Part shown: positions 19,123 through 30,007 of the stretch, in pieces
Numbering within the stretch: position 1 is the stretch's first letter
Layout: each line of letters begins with the position of its first letter
From: Bacteroidales bacterium
Lineage (GTDB): Bacteria; Bacteroidota; Bacteroidia; Bacteroidales; UBA7960
Length of the DNA: 64,000 nucleotides
NCBI GenBank assembly: GCA_031323845.1
Contig: JAVIYP010000004.1
Location: 14,512-78,511 of the forward strand
Direction of reading: 5' to 3'
Notes under the pieces: model-generated
Database searches by the model: none
What the model was told of the DNA's origin: nothing
What the model saw: only the letters and a program-made list of their open reading frames with translations
Position numbers and translations under genes: made by a program

Positions 19123-21507
19123 TCAGAACTCCACAAGCACCCGGTCGTCGTTGCCATAGAAAACGGGTGTTTGCCTGCCATAGATCCTGCCTGATGTCTC
19201 GGTAACGTTTGAAATAACGTATTCTCTCAGTTCACCCAGGGTAATTTTTCCGTCGTTGTTCAGATCGGCTGCTCCCTGAAGTCCGGCGGCCAGGTAATAG
19301 GTGAACAACCCTGTTTCACTGTCGTCGAAGCCCAGCGATATCTCCTCTGCTGTTGAGGAGGTGATAACCGTAAAGTTGGGGTCACCATACCAGGAGTTTC
19401 TTGGCCTGACCCGCACACCCCGCTGCCCTGTAAGGGTTTCGGTCTGTAGCTTGGCTGTGCTGCGTGCAGCTCCGCTGAAACAGGCATCAAGGATCACGGT
19501 AACATGTTTGGCCCCCAGTTGACTCAGGTTTTCGTACAGTGTCTCCACATTGTAGCCCTGGCTTTCGAGCCGTGAAATACGCCCATCATGCGGAAAGAGA
19601 AAGACATTACGTCCCTCATTGTCCGGAACGCCATGGCCGGCATAAAACACGAAAATTTCTGTTTCTCCCCTGACAACCGCTCTTCTCAGCTCACCGATAT
19701 TCGCGTTGAACAAGTCGTCGAACTTAAAGCCGGATATTTGTTCGTTGGTAAACATCAGGACCTGTTCCACACCGAGAACTCTTTCGAAATAGTCTTTCAT
19801 AACACGGGCGTCGTTGTCGGCATAGGGTGCCGGTGGAAGTTCGCGATAGTCGGCGATGCCAAGGACCACACCAATGGAGTTCGGTCTCCTGGTAGCTGAA
19901 GGAGCCACCGCCCTGATGTTTCTCACCGTTGGAACGATGACCCTGAACCGGTCAGAGGTGGCTTCCACCCGCCATGCTTCCGTGCGCAAGGCATCAAGGT
20001 CAGGTTGAATCTCCACGATATGCGTTTCCGGGGGGTCCTGATCCAGCATGATGGGCAGCCGCCGGTCACGAAGGCCTCCCCGGCCAATGTCCTCGGTAAT
20101 ATTGATAAAGATGGGCAGCTGGTCTTTAGTGGTAACCCGGCGGTTTGGGCTCAATGTAAAGTAAATGTCGTTTACCTGGCCGGGCCACATATCTCCGAGG
20201 CTGCCCGTGGTGTTTTCCAGATAGATATTATCGTCTGTAGTATAAATGCTGTACCGTGCATCGCTTGCCCTGCCCTGCCCGATGTTCTGAACGGTAAGTC
20301 GGGCCCTGACAATTTCTCCGGCCTGAAGCTTGCCGTCGGCAATTATGGCTTGTGTTCCCGGACCCGAGTCAATAATTTCATACCCCGAAATGGTGAACTC
20401 CGGAATCTGGTAGGCATAGGTGTTTAGCACCAGGTAGGCCGGTTCCATATCATAACCCAGCTGCTCCCTGACATTAATGGTAAACCTGTGAGTGGCGGTC
20501 CTGAGGTCAAGATCGGTGGTGATATCTACAGTGAGCTCCTTGCTTTCGCCGGGTCCGAGGCGGTTGATTACCTGGTTGGCATTCTTCAGTTGCAGGCTCG
20601 GATCGCTGGTATCGGAGCTGATGTCCAGTTCGAGAAACATGGCATCTCCCCCACCGCGATTATGCAGGGTAACAATTATTTCTGCATTTTCCTGTGCCTC
20701 CAGGATTCCATTGCCATTGTCGTCAAAGAATTCCAGGTCGGCAAACAGGATGGGTGGCAGGCCACGTGTGTTGATGTGCTTAACGGGTGATGCACTGATC
20801 AGTTCACGGTAGGATGGGTTGTCTGCAATTCGTTGCGGGGTTAGCCGGTTATGTTGCCGGTAGGTCGAATACAAACCCGCATATTCCATAAGCCAGATGC
20901 CAAGGCCGAGGCCGCCCATGATCCGGGATGCGCGCCTGAACTGACGGGCATCGGCGTAATTCGGGTCATGAGCCGAAGGAAGATCCGAGGCCAGGTATTT
21001 ATTGTAGGCACTAACGGACAGAGACAGTGACCCAACAGCTCCTCCCATCAGGCCATAAGCCAAAACACCCCTCAGCAAATGCCGTCGTTCAGGATGGTAC
21101 TGGTATCTGCCCAGGCCCGGCAAGGCAGCAGAGTAGGCAAAACTGTGCAGGGTACTGGGGTTGGGGACATGCCGGGCGTAGACCCTGGCATGGATCTTCT
21201 GATTGACGATAAGCCCGTCGTTCCTTACATCCCATGTAATGAGCTTATCTCCCGCTCCCCGGACAATGTCGATATCGCCTTCCAGACTGAGCGCATTCAT
21301 AGGCCTGTAGGTTTCATCGAAAAACTCAACCCTGACCGAAAAAAAATCATTCAGGCCGGCATTGGCAATGGTGTAGGGGACCTGGATTACATTTTCCTTA
21401 AAAAGAACATCGACATTGGTGATGCGCACATCAGCATGCACAGGCACTACCGTTAGCATGAGCAATATGAGCGCAGAAAACTGAAAGAATGGGGCTTTCC
21501 TTTTCAT
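19123..21507 (-). CDS. Exported/membrane caspase-family (peptidase C14) protein with Ig/CARDB-like domains
   Basis: Catalytic dyad FYAGHG and LDACFSG; signal peptide from ATG 21507 (ORF track starts at 21552); internal hydrophobic hairpin. Confidence 0.9.
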   Translation of the reverse strand: MKRKAPFFQFSALILLMLTVVPVHADVRITNVDVLFKENVIQVPYTIANAGLNDFFSVRVEFFDETYRPMNALSLEGDIDIVRGAGDKLITWDVRNDGLIVNQKIHARVYARHVPNPSTLHSFAYSAALPGLGRYQYHPERRHLLRGVLAYGLMGGAVGSLSLSVSAYNKYLASDLPSAHDPNYADARQFRRASRIMGGLGLGIWLMEYAGLYSTYRQHNRLTPQRIADNPSYRELISASPVKHINTRGLPPILFADLEFFDDNGNGILEAQENAEIIVTLHNRGGGDAMFLELDISSDTSDPSLQLKNANQVINRLGPGESKELTVDITTDLDLRTATHRFTINVREQLGYDMEPAYLVLNTYAYQIPEFTISGYEIIDSGPGTQAIIADGKLQAGEIVRARLTVQNIGQGRASDARYSIYTTDDNIYLENTTGSLGDMWPGQVNDIYFTLSPNRRVTTKDQLPIFINITEDIGRGGLRDRRLPIMLDQDPPETHIVEIQPDLDALRTEAWRVEATSDRFRVIVPTVRNIRAVAPSATRRPNSIGVVLGIADYRELPPAPYADNDARVMKDYFERVLGVEQVLMFTNEQISGFKFDDLFNANIGELRRAVVRGETEIFVFYAGHGVPDNEGRNVFLFPHDGRISRLESQGYNVETLYENLSQLGAKHVTVILDACFSGAARSTAKLQTETLTGQRGVRVRPRNSWYGDPNFTVITSSTAEEISLGFDDSETGLFTYYLAAGLQGAADLNNDGKITLGELREYVISNVTETSGRIYGRQTPVFYGNDDRVLVEF

Positions 21508-21931
21508 GGCGGTATGTTGTTTCCGGACACTACCCTGAGAAACAATCGGCAACTAAGGGGTAGCAACGCTGTTACGTAATTGTCAGTCAGTATGCCTGTC
21601 TGTTAATACAAGCTGAAAAAGAATGTTCAGCAACTCTGAACAGCTTTGTATTCTTTATTTGACAGATATAGTTGGTAAATATATGAAATAAATCTCATTG
21701 ATCAAAAAAAAGTTGATGATTAAAAAAAATCTCTTTGTCGTCAGTTCTCTGCCATTGGGAAATTATTACCTGGGTACAAAGTATGTTCAGGGTAAAGGAT
21801 TGCTGTAAGCAAACATGATCCCGATACAAACAAAAACAGCAATTGATGCTGCCAACGGGTTAACCCAGTCAGTAAGCACCAATTGCTGTATTATGGTTTG
21901 ATCGTATAAGCAGCAATAGCTGCGAAAGGCA

Positions 21932-23518
21932 TTACAGGCTGCTGCAGATATCTTCGGTAAGATCCAGGTCGAAGACATAAGTACTTTGGGTACTGGTAAA
22001 CTCGTACTGATACCACTGTCCGTCAAACACAACGCCAAAGATGTAGGGTGTATTCTGCTCCAGGCAAAGGGTGATCTCGCCCTCCCAGACATAAGCGATC
22101 TGCCACGGACCGCCTGCGGCTTTCCTGTACCATCCTGAAGCGGAAGGCCTGATTTCGATATCGGGATTGTCGGGGCAACGGCCTATGAAGGTAGCTGTTA
22201 CAGGCTGTGTGAGTCCGGCAAGGTCAAAATCAATCGTATAGTTTCCGGAGCACAGATCCGGGATAAAAATGCTGTTCAGTGGTTCTGCGTTGGGGGCTGT
22301 TCTTACAATCAGGTCAACGGCCGTGTTTTGCGGTACATTTAACAGCGTGAAAGAATGACTGGCGGAATTCAGGTACATGTAACGTCCGCTGAGGTACGAG
22401 CCATTGGTTCGGCGCATTTCGACCCACACGCTTGAAGCGCCACAGGCCCCGCTGGTGGCATTGAAGGTCAGAGTTGCCCCAAACCTGCAGTTATTCCAGA
22501 ACCAGTCAAGGTTCCACCAGGAGAGGTGCGCCACCTCAAAGGCAGTGAAGTAATCACCATTTTTGGTATTCCCCTGAACCACGGCATTGAAAGACTCCTG
22601 TGTCCACTGACCGGTGGATTCATCATAGCTCCATACGGGAATAACCGTACCTACACCAATGGGGTCATCGTTCTCGTCGGTTGTGCCGGCAGGAATTTCC
22701 ATGTAGACCTCCATGGGGGGATCAAAGTTCCGGGCAACATTGCCCTGCTCATCAACCATGGTTATGGCAATAAATCCGGCGGTTACCATGGTAATGTTCT
22801 CCGTTTCACCACCGGTCATTTCAGCATCCATGCTGAAGCCTCCGGGAAATGACTGCATGGCCGCATCGTCCTGATTGGCAAAATTAACCACAGTGGAATT
22901 AATGGTTCCTGATAGAGGATTTCCGTTCGCATCCAAAATGGTAGTTCCTTCCTTTATGGTAAGCGAAGCCATAGTGCCGGTCGAAGAAATCACCGGCGTT
23001 TCAATCACCACAGTGCCGCTGGTCACTCCCGAAGCAGACGTCTTGATGCTGCTGTCCACAATTCCCGATGAGCCTTGCGGCAGGTCGTTGATGCTGGTAA
23101 GCCTGAGGTAGACAAGGTAACCACCGTGCTCAGGAATCATCACAGACTCACTGTTGCTGAGGTAGCCCTGTGCCTTGCCCACAACGGTGAACGACACCGG
23201 GTTGGCTGCAGAAGGATTTGTGCCGGACTTCAGAGTAAGGTTGGCGATGCCGTTGGCAACCTTTATGGTTTCCTCACCGTTGATGTCCATCACTCTGTCC
23301 TTGTCAGGGCCTGTTATATTCACCGATAGGTTGCCGGTTGTAATTGCCTCTCCGGTTTTAGCATCAACAACGATAACGCCTATCTGAGTGTCTATGATGT
23401 TAAAGTCAAGTAACAGCTTGACCCCGTCGAAAGGCATTTTCTCGCAACTCCCGACAAACAGTATCAGCGCTGCGATGATACCGAACAATACCTTAGGTGC
23501 TTTAAATGATGTTTTCAT
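21932..23518 (-). CDS. Hypothetical surface lipoprotein (528 aa)
   Basis: Lipobox LFVGSC; beta-rich, W(S)YDESTGQW..HLSWWNLD. Confidence 0.8.
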   Translation of the reverse strand: MKTSFKAPKVLFGIIAALILFVGSCEKMPFDGVKLLLDFNIIDTQIGVIVVDAKTGEAITTGNLSVNITGPDKDRVMDINGEETIKVANGIANLTLKSGTNPSAANPVSFTVVGKAQGYLSNSESVMIPEHGGYLVYLRLTSINDLPQGSSGIVDSSIKTSASGVTSGTVVIETPVISSTGTMASLTIKEGTTILDANGNPLSGTINSTVVNFANQDDAAMQSFPGGFSMDAEMTGGETENITMVTAGFIAITMVDEQGNVARNFDPPMEVYMEIPAGTTDENDDPIGVGTVIPVWSYDESTGQWTQESFNAVVQGNTKNGDYFTAFEVAHLSWWNLDWFWNNCRFGATLTFNATSGACGASSVWVEMRRTNGSYLSGRYMYLNSASHSFTLLNVPQNTAVDLIVRTAPNAEPLNSIFIPDLCSGNYTIDFDLAGLTQPVTATFIGRCPDNPDIEIRPSASGWYRKAAGGPWQIAYVWEGEITLCLEQNTPYIFGVVFDGQWYQYEFTSTQSTYVFDLDLTEDICSSL

Positions 23519-23527
23519 GTGCTTTCT

Positions 23528-24232
23528 TTATTTTCTTTGAAATAATTTTACGTTTAACTGCGTGGACACCACAGGCCAGAATCTGTAGTCGTTCATGTTT
23601 TCTTCAATAAGGTCTCCCTGTTCGCCGGTACGGCGTATCATGCCGGTGGCCTCCATTTCAACAACTGGCGGGCCCAAATAAAGAGCGCCCAGCTCGAAAT
23701 TCAAGGAAACACGGCGGTTTGGCACCGAACGCCCAAAGCCGATACCCGCATAGGGATTGACCCTTGGTGCAGAAATTTTAATCGAGAGGTCACCTATGTC
23801 CTCCGGGGTGATGACGTAACCGCCGAACTCATAGTTGCCCAGAGGAACACCTTTGACTGCAACGTAGTTGTTGCCAACAAGCAGGCCGGCCGTAATGTGA
23901 AATATCCCCCTGCTGCCGCGAGGGTACCAGTCGGCAAATAAGGTGAATGAGGAAAGGTTCAGGTTAGCATCCAGGTTTAATTCCAAATCGTCAAACTCCT
24001 GCTCCATTGAAAAATCAAACTGATTGCCGCCTGCTCGTACGTAGAATTTGGCTGAGAGCGGTGCCGCCACCTCAACGCCGAAACCCAGCGTGGATGCCTT
24101 AATGCCCATCGAGACCCTCTGTGGAAAACCAAAGGATTGCTTTCCGTGGTTAACTGCATCAAGCGCCGATGCCCGAACAGGCAACAGCACCACGATCAAT
24201 GCAGCCAAAACAATAGTAATTGTTTGTTTCAT
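23528..24232 (-). CDS. Outer-membrane beta-barrel protein
   Basis: Signal peptide; STLGFGVEV, PYAGIGFG, C-terminal strand QLNVKLF; 9 nt from the lipoprotein gene. Confidence 0.8.
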   Translation of the reverse strand: MKQTITIVLAALIVVLLPVRASALDAVNHGKQSFGFPQRVSMGIKASTLGFGVEVAAPLSAKFYVRAGGNQFDFSMEQEFDDLELNLDANLNLSSFTLFADWYPRGSRGIFHITAGLLVGNNYVAVKGVPLGNYEFGGYVITPEDIGDLSIKISAPRVNPYAGIGFGRSVPNRRVSLNFELGALYLGPPVVEMEATGMIRRTGEQGDLIEENMNDYRFWPVVSTQLNVKLFQRK

Positions 24233-24543
24233 AAGGTTTGTTTTAAATTGCTTTTTTTGTTGACTTACAGAAGCATTTATAAAACAAAGGTAATTAAGTA
24301 TTTGTTTACATTTTTATAAAAAATCTCCATCAGGCTGCTTTTTTAACATTTTTTATAAACAACTGTTTAACCGACTTTCGGAAACAGGGAGTGCGTCTTT
24401 CAATGAAGCCCTGAGTTTACCGGGGTTTTAGCCATGGTATGAAGTGTTTCAGGTAAGGCGACGCGGGTGAAAGAGGACCGGCAACTTTCAGAAGCCAGCA
24501 GTTACGGAAAGCTGACGCTGAATTCCTGGTGGCATGTCAACTA

Positions 24544-26211
24544 TTATATTTTTTGGGGGATGGAAAAATAGAAGGTACAGCCCTGACCCGGTCTGGATTC
24601 GAGCCAGACGGTTCCGCCCAGCATGGTAACATAGGCCTGTACGATAGCCAAGCCAAGTCCGGAGCCTTCATGTTGCCTGGAAAGCGACTGGTCTGCTTGC
24701 ACAAAACGATCAAAGACGGCTTTTTCAGACCCTTTCGGGATGCCGGGGCCCGTATCCCTGATATAAAACACCACCATGCCTTTCTTCAGGTAATTGCCAA
24801 AAACGACACTGCCGGCCTGTGTAAACTTAATCGCGTTTTTCAGGAGATTGATAAAAACGCTGATAAGCTTGTGCCTGTCTGTGATAACAACGGATGCATT
24901 CCCTTTCAGGTGCTCAGCCAATTCAAAACTCAAACCCTTCTGATGTGCCTGTGCTTCAAAAAAATCGGTAAGATAATGCATAACGTCCTCGGTGTTCACT
25001 GATTCGTTCCTGACCACAGCCTGGCCTGCCTCAATCAATGACACTTCAAGTATGTCGTTGATGGTATCCAGCAAGCGTTGTCCGCTGCTATGCATAATTC
25101 CGATGTACTTTGCACGCTCATTGTCATCAAGGCCGGGTTTGTCGAGCAGCTCCAGAAAGCCAAGAATGCCATTCAACGGGGTTCGGATCTCATGACTCAT
25201 ATTGGCCAGAAAAGCTGATTTTAACCGGTCGGATTCTTCTGCTCTTTCTTTTTGATGAAGCAATTCTTTTTTCTGATTAATAAACGCTTCAATCAAAACA
25301 CCAATCCGCTTAAAGTCGCGGCTGGTTTTTTGCAGTGCAGGAACATACTTCTTCGTATCACCGGAAATGCTGTCAGCAACAAGCTTCAGGGGTCTGCTGA
25401 CCCATTTGTTCAACACGGCAGTGAACACAAGCAGACTGGCAAACATAGTCGTGATTAGTAAAACGATGAGTATGCGGGAGTTCTGACGCATCAGGCTGCT
25501 GAAGTCGACATGCTTTTTGAACACCAGCCAGGCCAGCACTTCTTCATCCGGGCCCATGTAAGGGACAGCCAGACAATTTTCGGTTACATCAGCCTCGTCA
25601 ATACAGTCATGAGTCTGCAATTCAACACTGCTCCCAGTAAGTCTTCCAAGCAGCCCCAGCAGCTCTTCATCCCAGCACTTCGCCAAAAAGAGATATCCAT
25701 GTGCGTCTGACTCCCTTTCATAATCCTCGGTTGGATGTATCGTGGCCAACTGAAACAGCAGAAGGTTATCAAGAATCAGCGCATAGTGGTCGTTCAGCTT
25801 TTCTTCATGCTCTTTAATTGGGAAAAAGTCTCTAAAGTATGACGCAGTTATGGTATTCGTGTGTTCGTTCACCTGCTGATAAACGAGTTCTCCTTCAAGG
25901 TTAAACACCCACAAACCATCCAGGTCGAACCAGTACAACACGTCTCCGAGGTTGTGCCCAAGCCACAATGAATCAGGGTTTTGCAAGTTTTCGATAAGTT
26001 CATCCCAGAGGCTGTAATCATGAGCGACCCAATAGATACCGATCTCCTCCATTTCCGTAATGGCGCCGGTGGCTTCAACCACCTGCCGCCTGCTGTATTC
26101 AGAAAACATGCGCTCCTGTTTCCTGGTCAACAGCAAAAAAGCGAATACGGCCAATAGCGACAAACAGAATAAAAACAAAATGACCAGGTTGATTTTCCTT
26201 TGGGTACTCAT
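24544..26211 (-). CDS. Membrane sensor histidine kinase with CHASE4 domain
   Basis: TM1, DYSLWDE (CHASE4-like), TM2, SHEIRTPLNG, HATPase; no REC. Confidence 0.9.
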   Translation of the reverse strand: MSTQRKINLVILFLFCLSLLAVFAFLLLTRKQERMFSEYSRRQVVEATGAITEMEEIGIYWVAHDYSLWDELIENLQNPDSLWLGHNLGDVLYWFDLDGLWVFNLEGELVYQQVNEHTNTITASYFRDFFPIKEHEEKLNDHYALILDNLLLFQLATIHPTEDYERESDAHGYLFLAKCWDEELLGLLGRLTGSSVELQTHDCIDEADVTENCLAVPYMGPDEEVLAWLVFKKHVDFSSLMRQNSRILIVLLITTMFASLLVFTAVLNKWVSRPLKLVADSISGDTKKYVPALQKTSRDFKRIGVLIEAFINQKKELLHQKERAEESDRLKSAFLANMSHEIRTPLNGILGFLELLDKPGLDDNERAKYIGIMHSSGQRLLDTINDILEVSLIEAGQAVVRNESVNTEDVMHYLTDFFEAQAHQKGLSFELAEHLKGNASVVITDRHKLISVFINLLKNAIKFTQAGSVVFGNYLKKGMVVFYIRDTGPGIPKGSEKAVFDRFVQADQSLSRQHEGSGLGLAIVQAYVTMLGGTVWLESRPGQGCTFYFSIPQKI

Positions 26212-26537
26212 GTTGCATCAATGTTAAACAGTGGCGCGCAGCCAGGGCAAACCGCCACAAATTAAGAATTCGTCAACGACTAATTCTTGTTTGTCAAAAG
26301 TAACAAATATTTAATGCCCAAATCCTGTTTCTGCAATAAAAAAATAAAAGCACATCCGCTTCCCGCCAGTTTTTCCCGGCAGCTTGCTTATGTAATGTTT
26401 GCATTGATTGGTTTTATTTAAGAAGTTGGAAACATATGCATTTTTTTGTTATGTTTGTCTGTTGTTTTTTGAGACAACCATCTTACACAGTGCTGCATTC
26501 AGGCGCAAAATTCACTTAATAACTACCTGGTTAGCGA

Positions 26538-29201
26538 ATGAAAGAGTTAAAATTTTACAAGGATGTCCTTCACAAGGCTCCGTTCGGTTATGTTTATCTC
26601 AACATATTATTTAATGAAGACAATCAGCCCTGCGATGCCCTGTTTATTGAAGCAAATCGGGCTTTTGAACGCATTACCGGGCTCTCTGCGGCGGCGTCGG
26701 CCAATCGCAAATTCAGTGAAGTAAACAAAAAAACTGACAACGACCATATGGCATGGCTGTCTGTTCTTGGAGAGCTTTCCTTAAAAGGGGGCACCAAAGA
26801 GGCAGATTTTTATTTAAAACACACGGGCAAATGGTTACGGGTTCAGGGCTATTCGCCAGAAAAAAGCTATGTGTCTGCGCTATTTATTGACATCACCAAA
26901 GAAAAGCAGCGCAAAGAAGAGCTTTCCGGCATGAGCCAAAGGCTGAATTCCATCATGCAGGCGCTACCGGACATGCTTTTTGTGATCACCAGTGAAGGTG
27001 TTTACCTTGAAGCATTTGCCCCAGACGAAAGTATGTTGAAATGGCCCAGGCATGAGGTCTGCGGCAAAACCATTTATGATTTGTTTCCAAAAGAACAGGC
27101 TGAGGAGCAAATCAGGCTATATAAAGCCTGTATATCCGAAAACAAACCCAAGAGTTTTAAATACACCCTTGAGGTTGACAACAGCGACAGGTTTTTTGAA
27201 GCAAGGATTGTACCTTTCAACCAAAGTGAGGTGCTGGCCATAGTCCGGGACATAACCGAAATTACCTTTACAGAAAAAGCGTTAACGGAAGGAGTCATCA
27301 AATACAAACAATTGGTTGAAGAGATCAAGGATGTTATTTTTTCGCTGGATCAGGATGGCATCATTACCTACATGAGTCCTGTGGTGGATAAACTAACAGG
27401 TTTTACGCCAAAAGATTATATCGGCAGGGAGTTTTCCGCTTTCATTCACCCATCTGATCAAGCACTTATCGAAAGGGATTTCAGGGCGCTTAAAAACGGT
27501 GTTGAAAAACCGGCTGATTACCGCATTAAAACGAAGTCGGGCGGATATGTCTGGGTTCGCAGTTCCACACGTGAGGTCAGGTCTGAAAACAACAATTTGG
27601 AATACAGGGGTGTGGCGCAGGACATTACCGAAAGTAAGAAGGCCGAGGAAGCGCTTATCGAAAGCGAAGAGCGATTCCGGGCGTTGCACAATGCCACTTT
27701 TGGGGGTGTGGGCATACACGATAAAGGCATCATCATTGAATGCAACCAGGGGCTTTCCGATATGACGGGCTATACCAGGGACGAGCTGATCGGCATGAAC
27801 GGTTTGCTGCTGATTGCAGAGCATATGCGCGACACAGTTATGGAAAAAATCCTTGCCGGCTATGAAAAGCCTTACGAAGCTATTGGACTGACCAAAGACG
27901 GCAAGGAATTCCCGTTGAGGATTGAGGCCAGAAACATACCCTATAAAGGGAAAAAAGTCCGTGTGACCGAATTCCGGGACATCTCCGAGCAAAAAACAAA
28001 TGAGTTAAAGCACAAAATCCTGTACAGCATTTCCCAGCATATGCTTCGCGCAGCATCGCTCGAAGAGTTACTGGAACAAGCACGCAGGGAATTGAGCCAG
28101 CTATTGGACACGACTAACTTTTTCATGGCCTATTATCATCCGGAAACCGATACTCTGAAGCGTGTACTTTTCAAGGACGAAAAAGACGACTTTACGGAGT
28201 GGAAGGCCTCCGACACTTTTTCAGGCTGGGTTGTAAAGCACGGAAAAACCTTGTGTTTAACAAGGCCGGACTTTAAAAGGCATGCAGCTAAAAAGGGGCT
28301 GTCGCTGAAGGGTTCGATCCCTGAAGCATGGCTTGGCGTGCCACTCTGGGCGCAGGGAAAAGGGGTTGGCGTAATCGTCATTCAAAGCTACACCGATCGT
28401 GCCGCTTATGACCAACAAGCCGTTATCATGCTTGAAATGGTAGCGAGAGAGCTCAGCCTGTTCATCGAAAGGGAGCGTATGCTGCAAGACCTTACCCTGG
28501 CCAAAGAACAAGCAGAGGAAAGCGACCGCCTGAAGTCGGCATTCCTGGCCAATATGAGTCATGAAATACGCACACCCATGAACGGCATACTCGGGTTCGC
28601 AGAACTGCTTAAACAGCCCAACCTGGAAGGGGAGAAACAGAAAAAGTTCATAGAAATCATTGAGAAAAGCGGTCAACGCATGCTGAACATCATCAACAAT
28701 TTGGTCGACATTTCAAAGATTGAGGCCGGGCAGGAGGAAGTTTATCTGTCGGGGGTCAACATCAATGAACAACTGAGCTTTACCTACGATTTCTTTAAAC
28801 CTGAGTTCGACGACAATCTCATCAGCCTTAAACTACAGATGCCCGGTGAGGAGTATCTCATAAACACAGATGTTGAGAAATTCAACGCCATCATGACGAA
28901 CCTGCTTAAAAACGCAGTAAAATACACCGATGAAGGTGAGGTACGTTTTGGGTTCACCGATAAAGAGGACCATCTTGAGTTTTTTGTCAGGGATACCGGC
29001 ATCGGGATTTCTGCCGATCGTATTGATTGTGTTTTTGACCGTTTTGTGCAGGCCGACTCATCCCTGAACAGCCCTTATGAGGGGGCAGGACTGGGGCTGG
29101 CTATTGTGAGGGCTTATGTTGAAATGCTGGGTGGCAGGATCTGGCTGGACAGTGAGCCCGGCAAAGGTTCCGCTTTTTATTTCACGCTGCCTGTTGACTG
29201 A
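26538..29201 (+). CDS. Soluble sensor histidine kinase, 4 PAS + GAF + HisKA/HATPase
   Basis: SHEIRTPMNG, DTGIGI, GAGLGL; PAS/PAC repeats; GAF with WLGVPL. Confidence 0.95.
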   Translation: MKELKFYKDVLHKAPFGYVYLNILFNEDNQPCDALFIEANRAFERITGLSAAASANRKFSEVNKKTDNDHMAWLSVLGELSLKGGTKEADFYLKHTGKWLRVQGYSPEKSYVSALFIDITKEKQRKEELSGMSQRLNSIMQALPDMLFVITSEGVYLEAFAPDESMLKWPRHEVCGKTIYDLFPKEQAEEQIRLYKACISENKPKSFKYTLEVDNSDRFFEARIVPFNQSEVLAIVRDITEITFTEKALTEGVIKYKQLVEEIKDVIFSLDQDGIITYMSPVVDKLTGFTPKDYIGREFSAFIHPSDQALIERDFRALKNGVEKPADYRIKTKSGGYVWVRSSTREVRSENNNLEYRGVAQDITESKKAEEALIESEERFRALHNATFGGVGIHDKGIIIECNQGLSDMTGYTRDELIGMNGLLLIAEHMRDTVMEKILAGYEKPYEAIGLTKDGKEFPLRIEARNIPYKGKKVRVTEFRDISEQKTNELKHKILYSISQHMLRAASLEELLEQARRELSQLLDTTNFFMAYYHPETDTLKRVLFKDEKDDFTEWKASDTFSGWVVKHGKTLCLTRPDFKRHAAKKGLSLKGSIPEAWLGVPLWAQGKGVGVIVIQSYTDRAAYDQQAVIMLEMVARELSLFIERERMLQDLTLAKEQAEESDRLKSAFLANMSHEIRTPMNGILGFAELLKQPNLEGEKQKKFIEIIEKSGQRMLNIINNLVDISKIEAGQEEVYLSGVNINEQLSFTYDFFKPEFDDNLISLKLQMPGEEYLINTDVEKFNAIMTNLLKNAVKYTDEGEVRFGFTDKEDHLEFFVRDTGIGISADRIDCVFDRFVQADSSLNSPYEGAGLGLAIVRAYVEMLGGRIWLDSEPGKGSAFYFTLPVD

Positions 29202-29315
29202 CCAGCTCCCGGCATCTCCAGACAACTGCCGGGCAACAGTACACAAAAGGCATTTATGCAAACACCGGCAAGGAAAAAACAATCCCCGCCGGTGTTCAAA
29301 TAATCTCGCTTCGGG

Positions 29316-29873
29316 CTATAAGCTTGCTATCATCTTATAACCAAACCTGAGTGCCACAGTGAAGTATAGCTCGTAGAATGTCTCTTCAAAGTCCACCACA
29401 TACTTCAGGGAAAAAGTGTGAGGAGGAAATTCTACGAGATCACCCAACAGGTCAGCACCTTCCGGGTTCAGCTCCAATGCGGTAGGGTTGTCCAAAAGAC
29501 CCGGCAACGTATGCATGCCAAGCTCTGAAACCAGAATCCAGTTTTCTGCACCGGGCTCTGAAACGTAAATAGTGCCCAGGTTCATTTCGTAATCCTCCAG
29601 TCCTTCCATGTCGTCGAGCCCTTGAATCTCGGTAATCCAAAGCTCAACGGTTTCCAGTTCCATATCCACGATCTGTTCGCTGTAGTCTTCAATAATACTA
29701 GCGTATTCCGCTAAATTAAAATCAGCAGTTTGTTCAAAATTCAACTCTGCATTGCTTATCGGAAACTCCAGCACAAAATCAAACTCTTCGGTAATTCTGA
29801 GCAGGTCTTCATCACAGGAATGAAACAACATCATTCCAAAAAGAGCGGCAGCTAACACACTAACTTTTTTCAT
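29316..29873 (-). CDS. Hypothetical acidic lipoprotein (185 aa)
   Basis: Lipobox LFHSC. Confidence 0.8.
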   Translation of the reverse strand: MKKVSVLAAALFGMMLFHSCDEDLLRITEEFDFVLEFPISNAELNFEQTADFNLAEYASIIEDYSEQIVDMELETVELWITEIQGLDDMEGLEDYEMNLGTIYVSEPGAENWILVSELGMHTLPGLLDNPTALELNPEGADLLGDLVEFPPHTFSLKYVVDFEETFYELYFTVALRFGYKMIASL

Positions 29874-30007
29874 AATACTATAAATTAAATATTTTTTTCT
29901 TTGTAAAGGTAATACATTTATTTGATAACAAGCGTTATATGCTTAAAAAAACAAATATGCCCACAAAGTTCGCCATCATGTATTAACTTTACACAAAAAA
30001 AGGCTGA

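Noticed and set aside
21695-21720. Fifth ECF promoter candidate (TCAAC-N16-AGAT)
   Set aside because: The -10 element does not match MGTA
24361-24540. Possible riboswitch leader before the barrel/lipoprotein pair
   Set aside because: I found no TPP, cobalamin, FMN or SAM core motifs on either strand
29925-29938. ATAAC-N4-GTTAT palindrome upstream of znuA as a Zur box
   Set aside because: Too short in AT-rich DNA, and I cannot match it to a reliable Bacteroidota consensus
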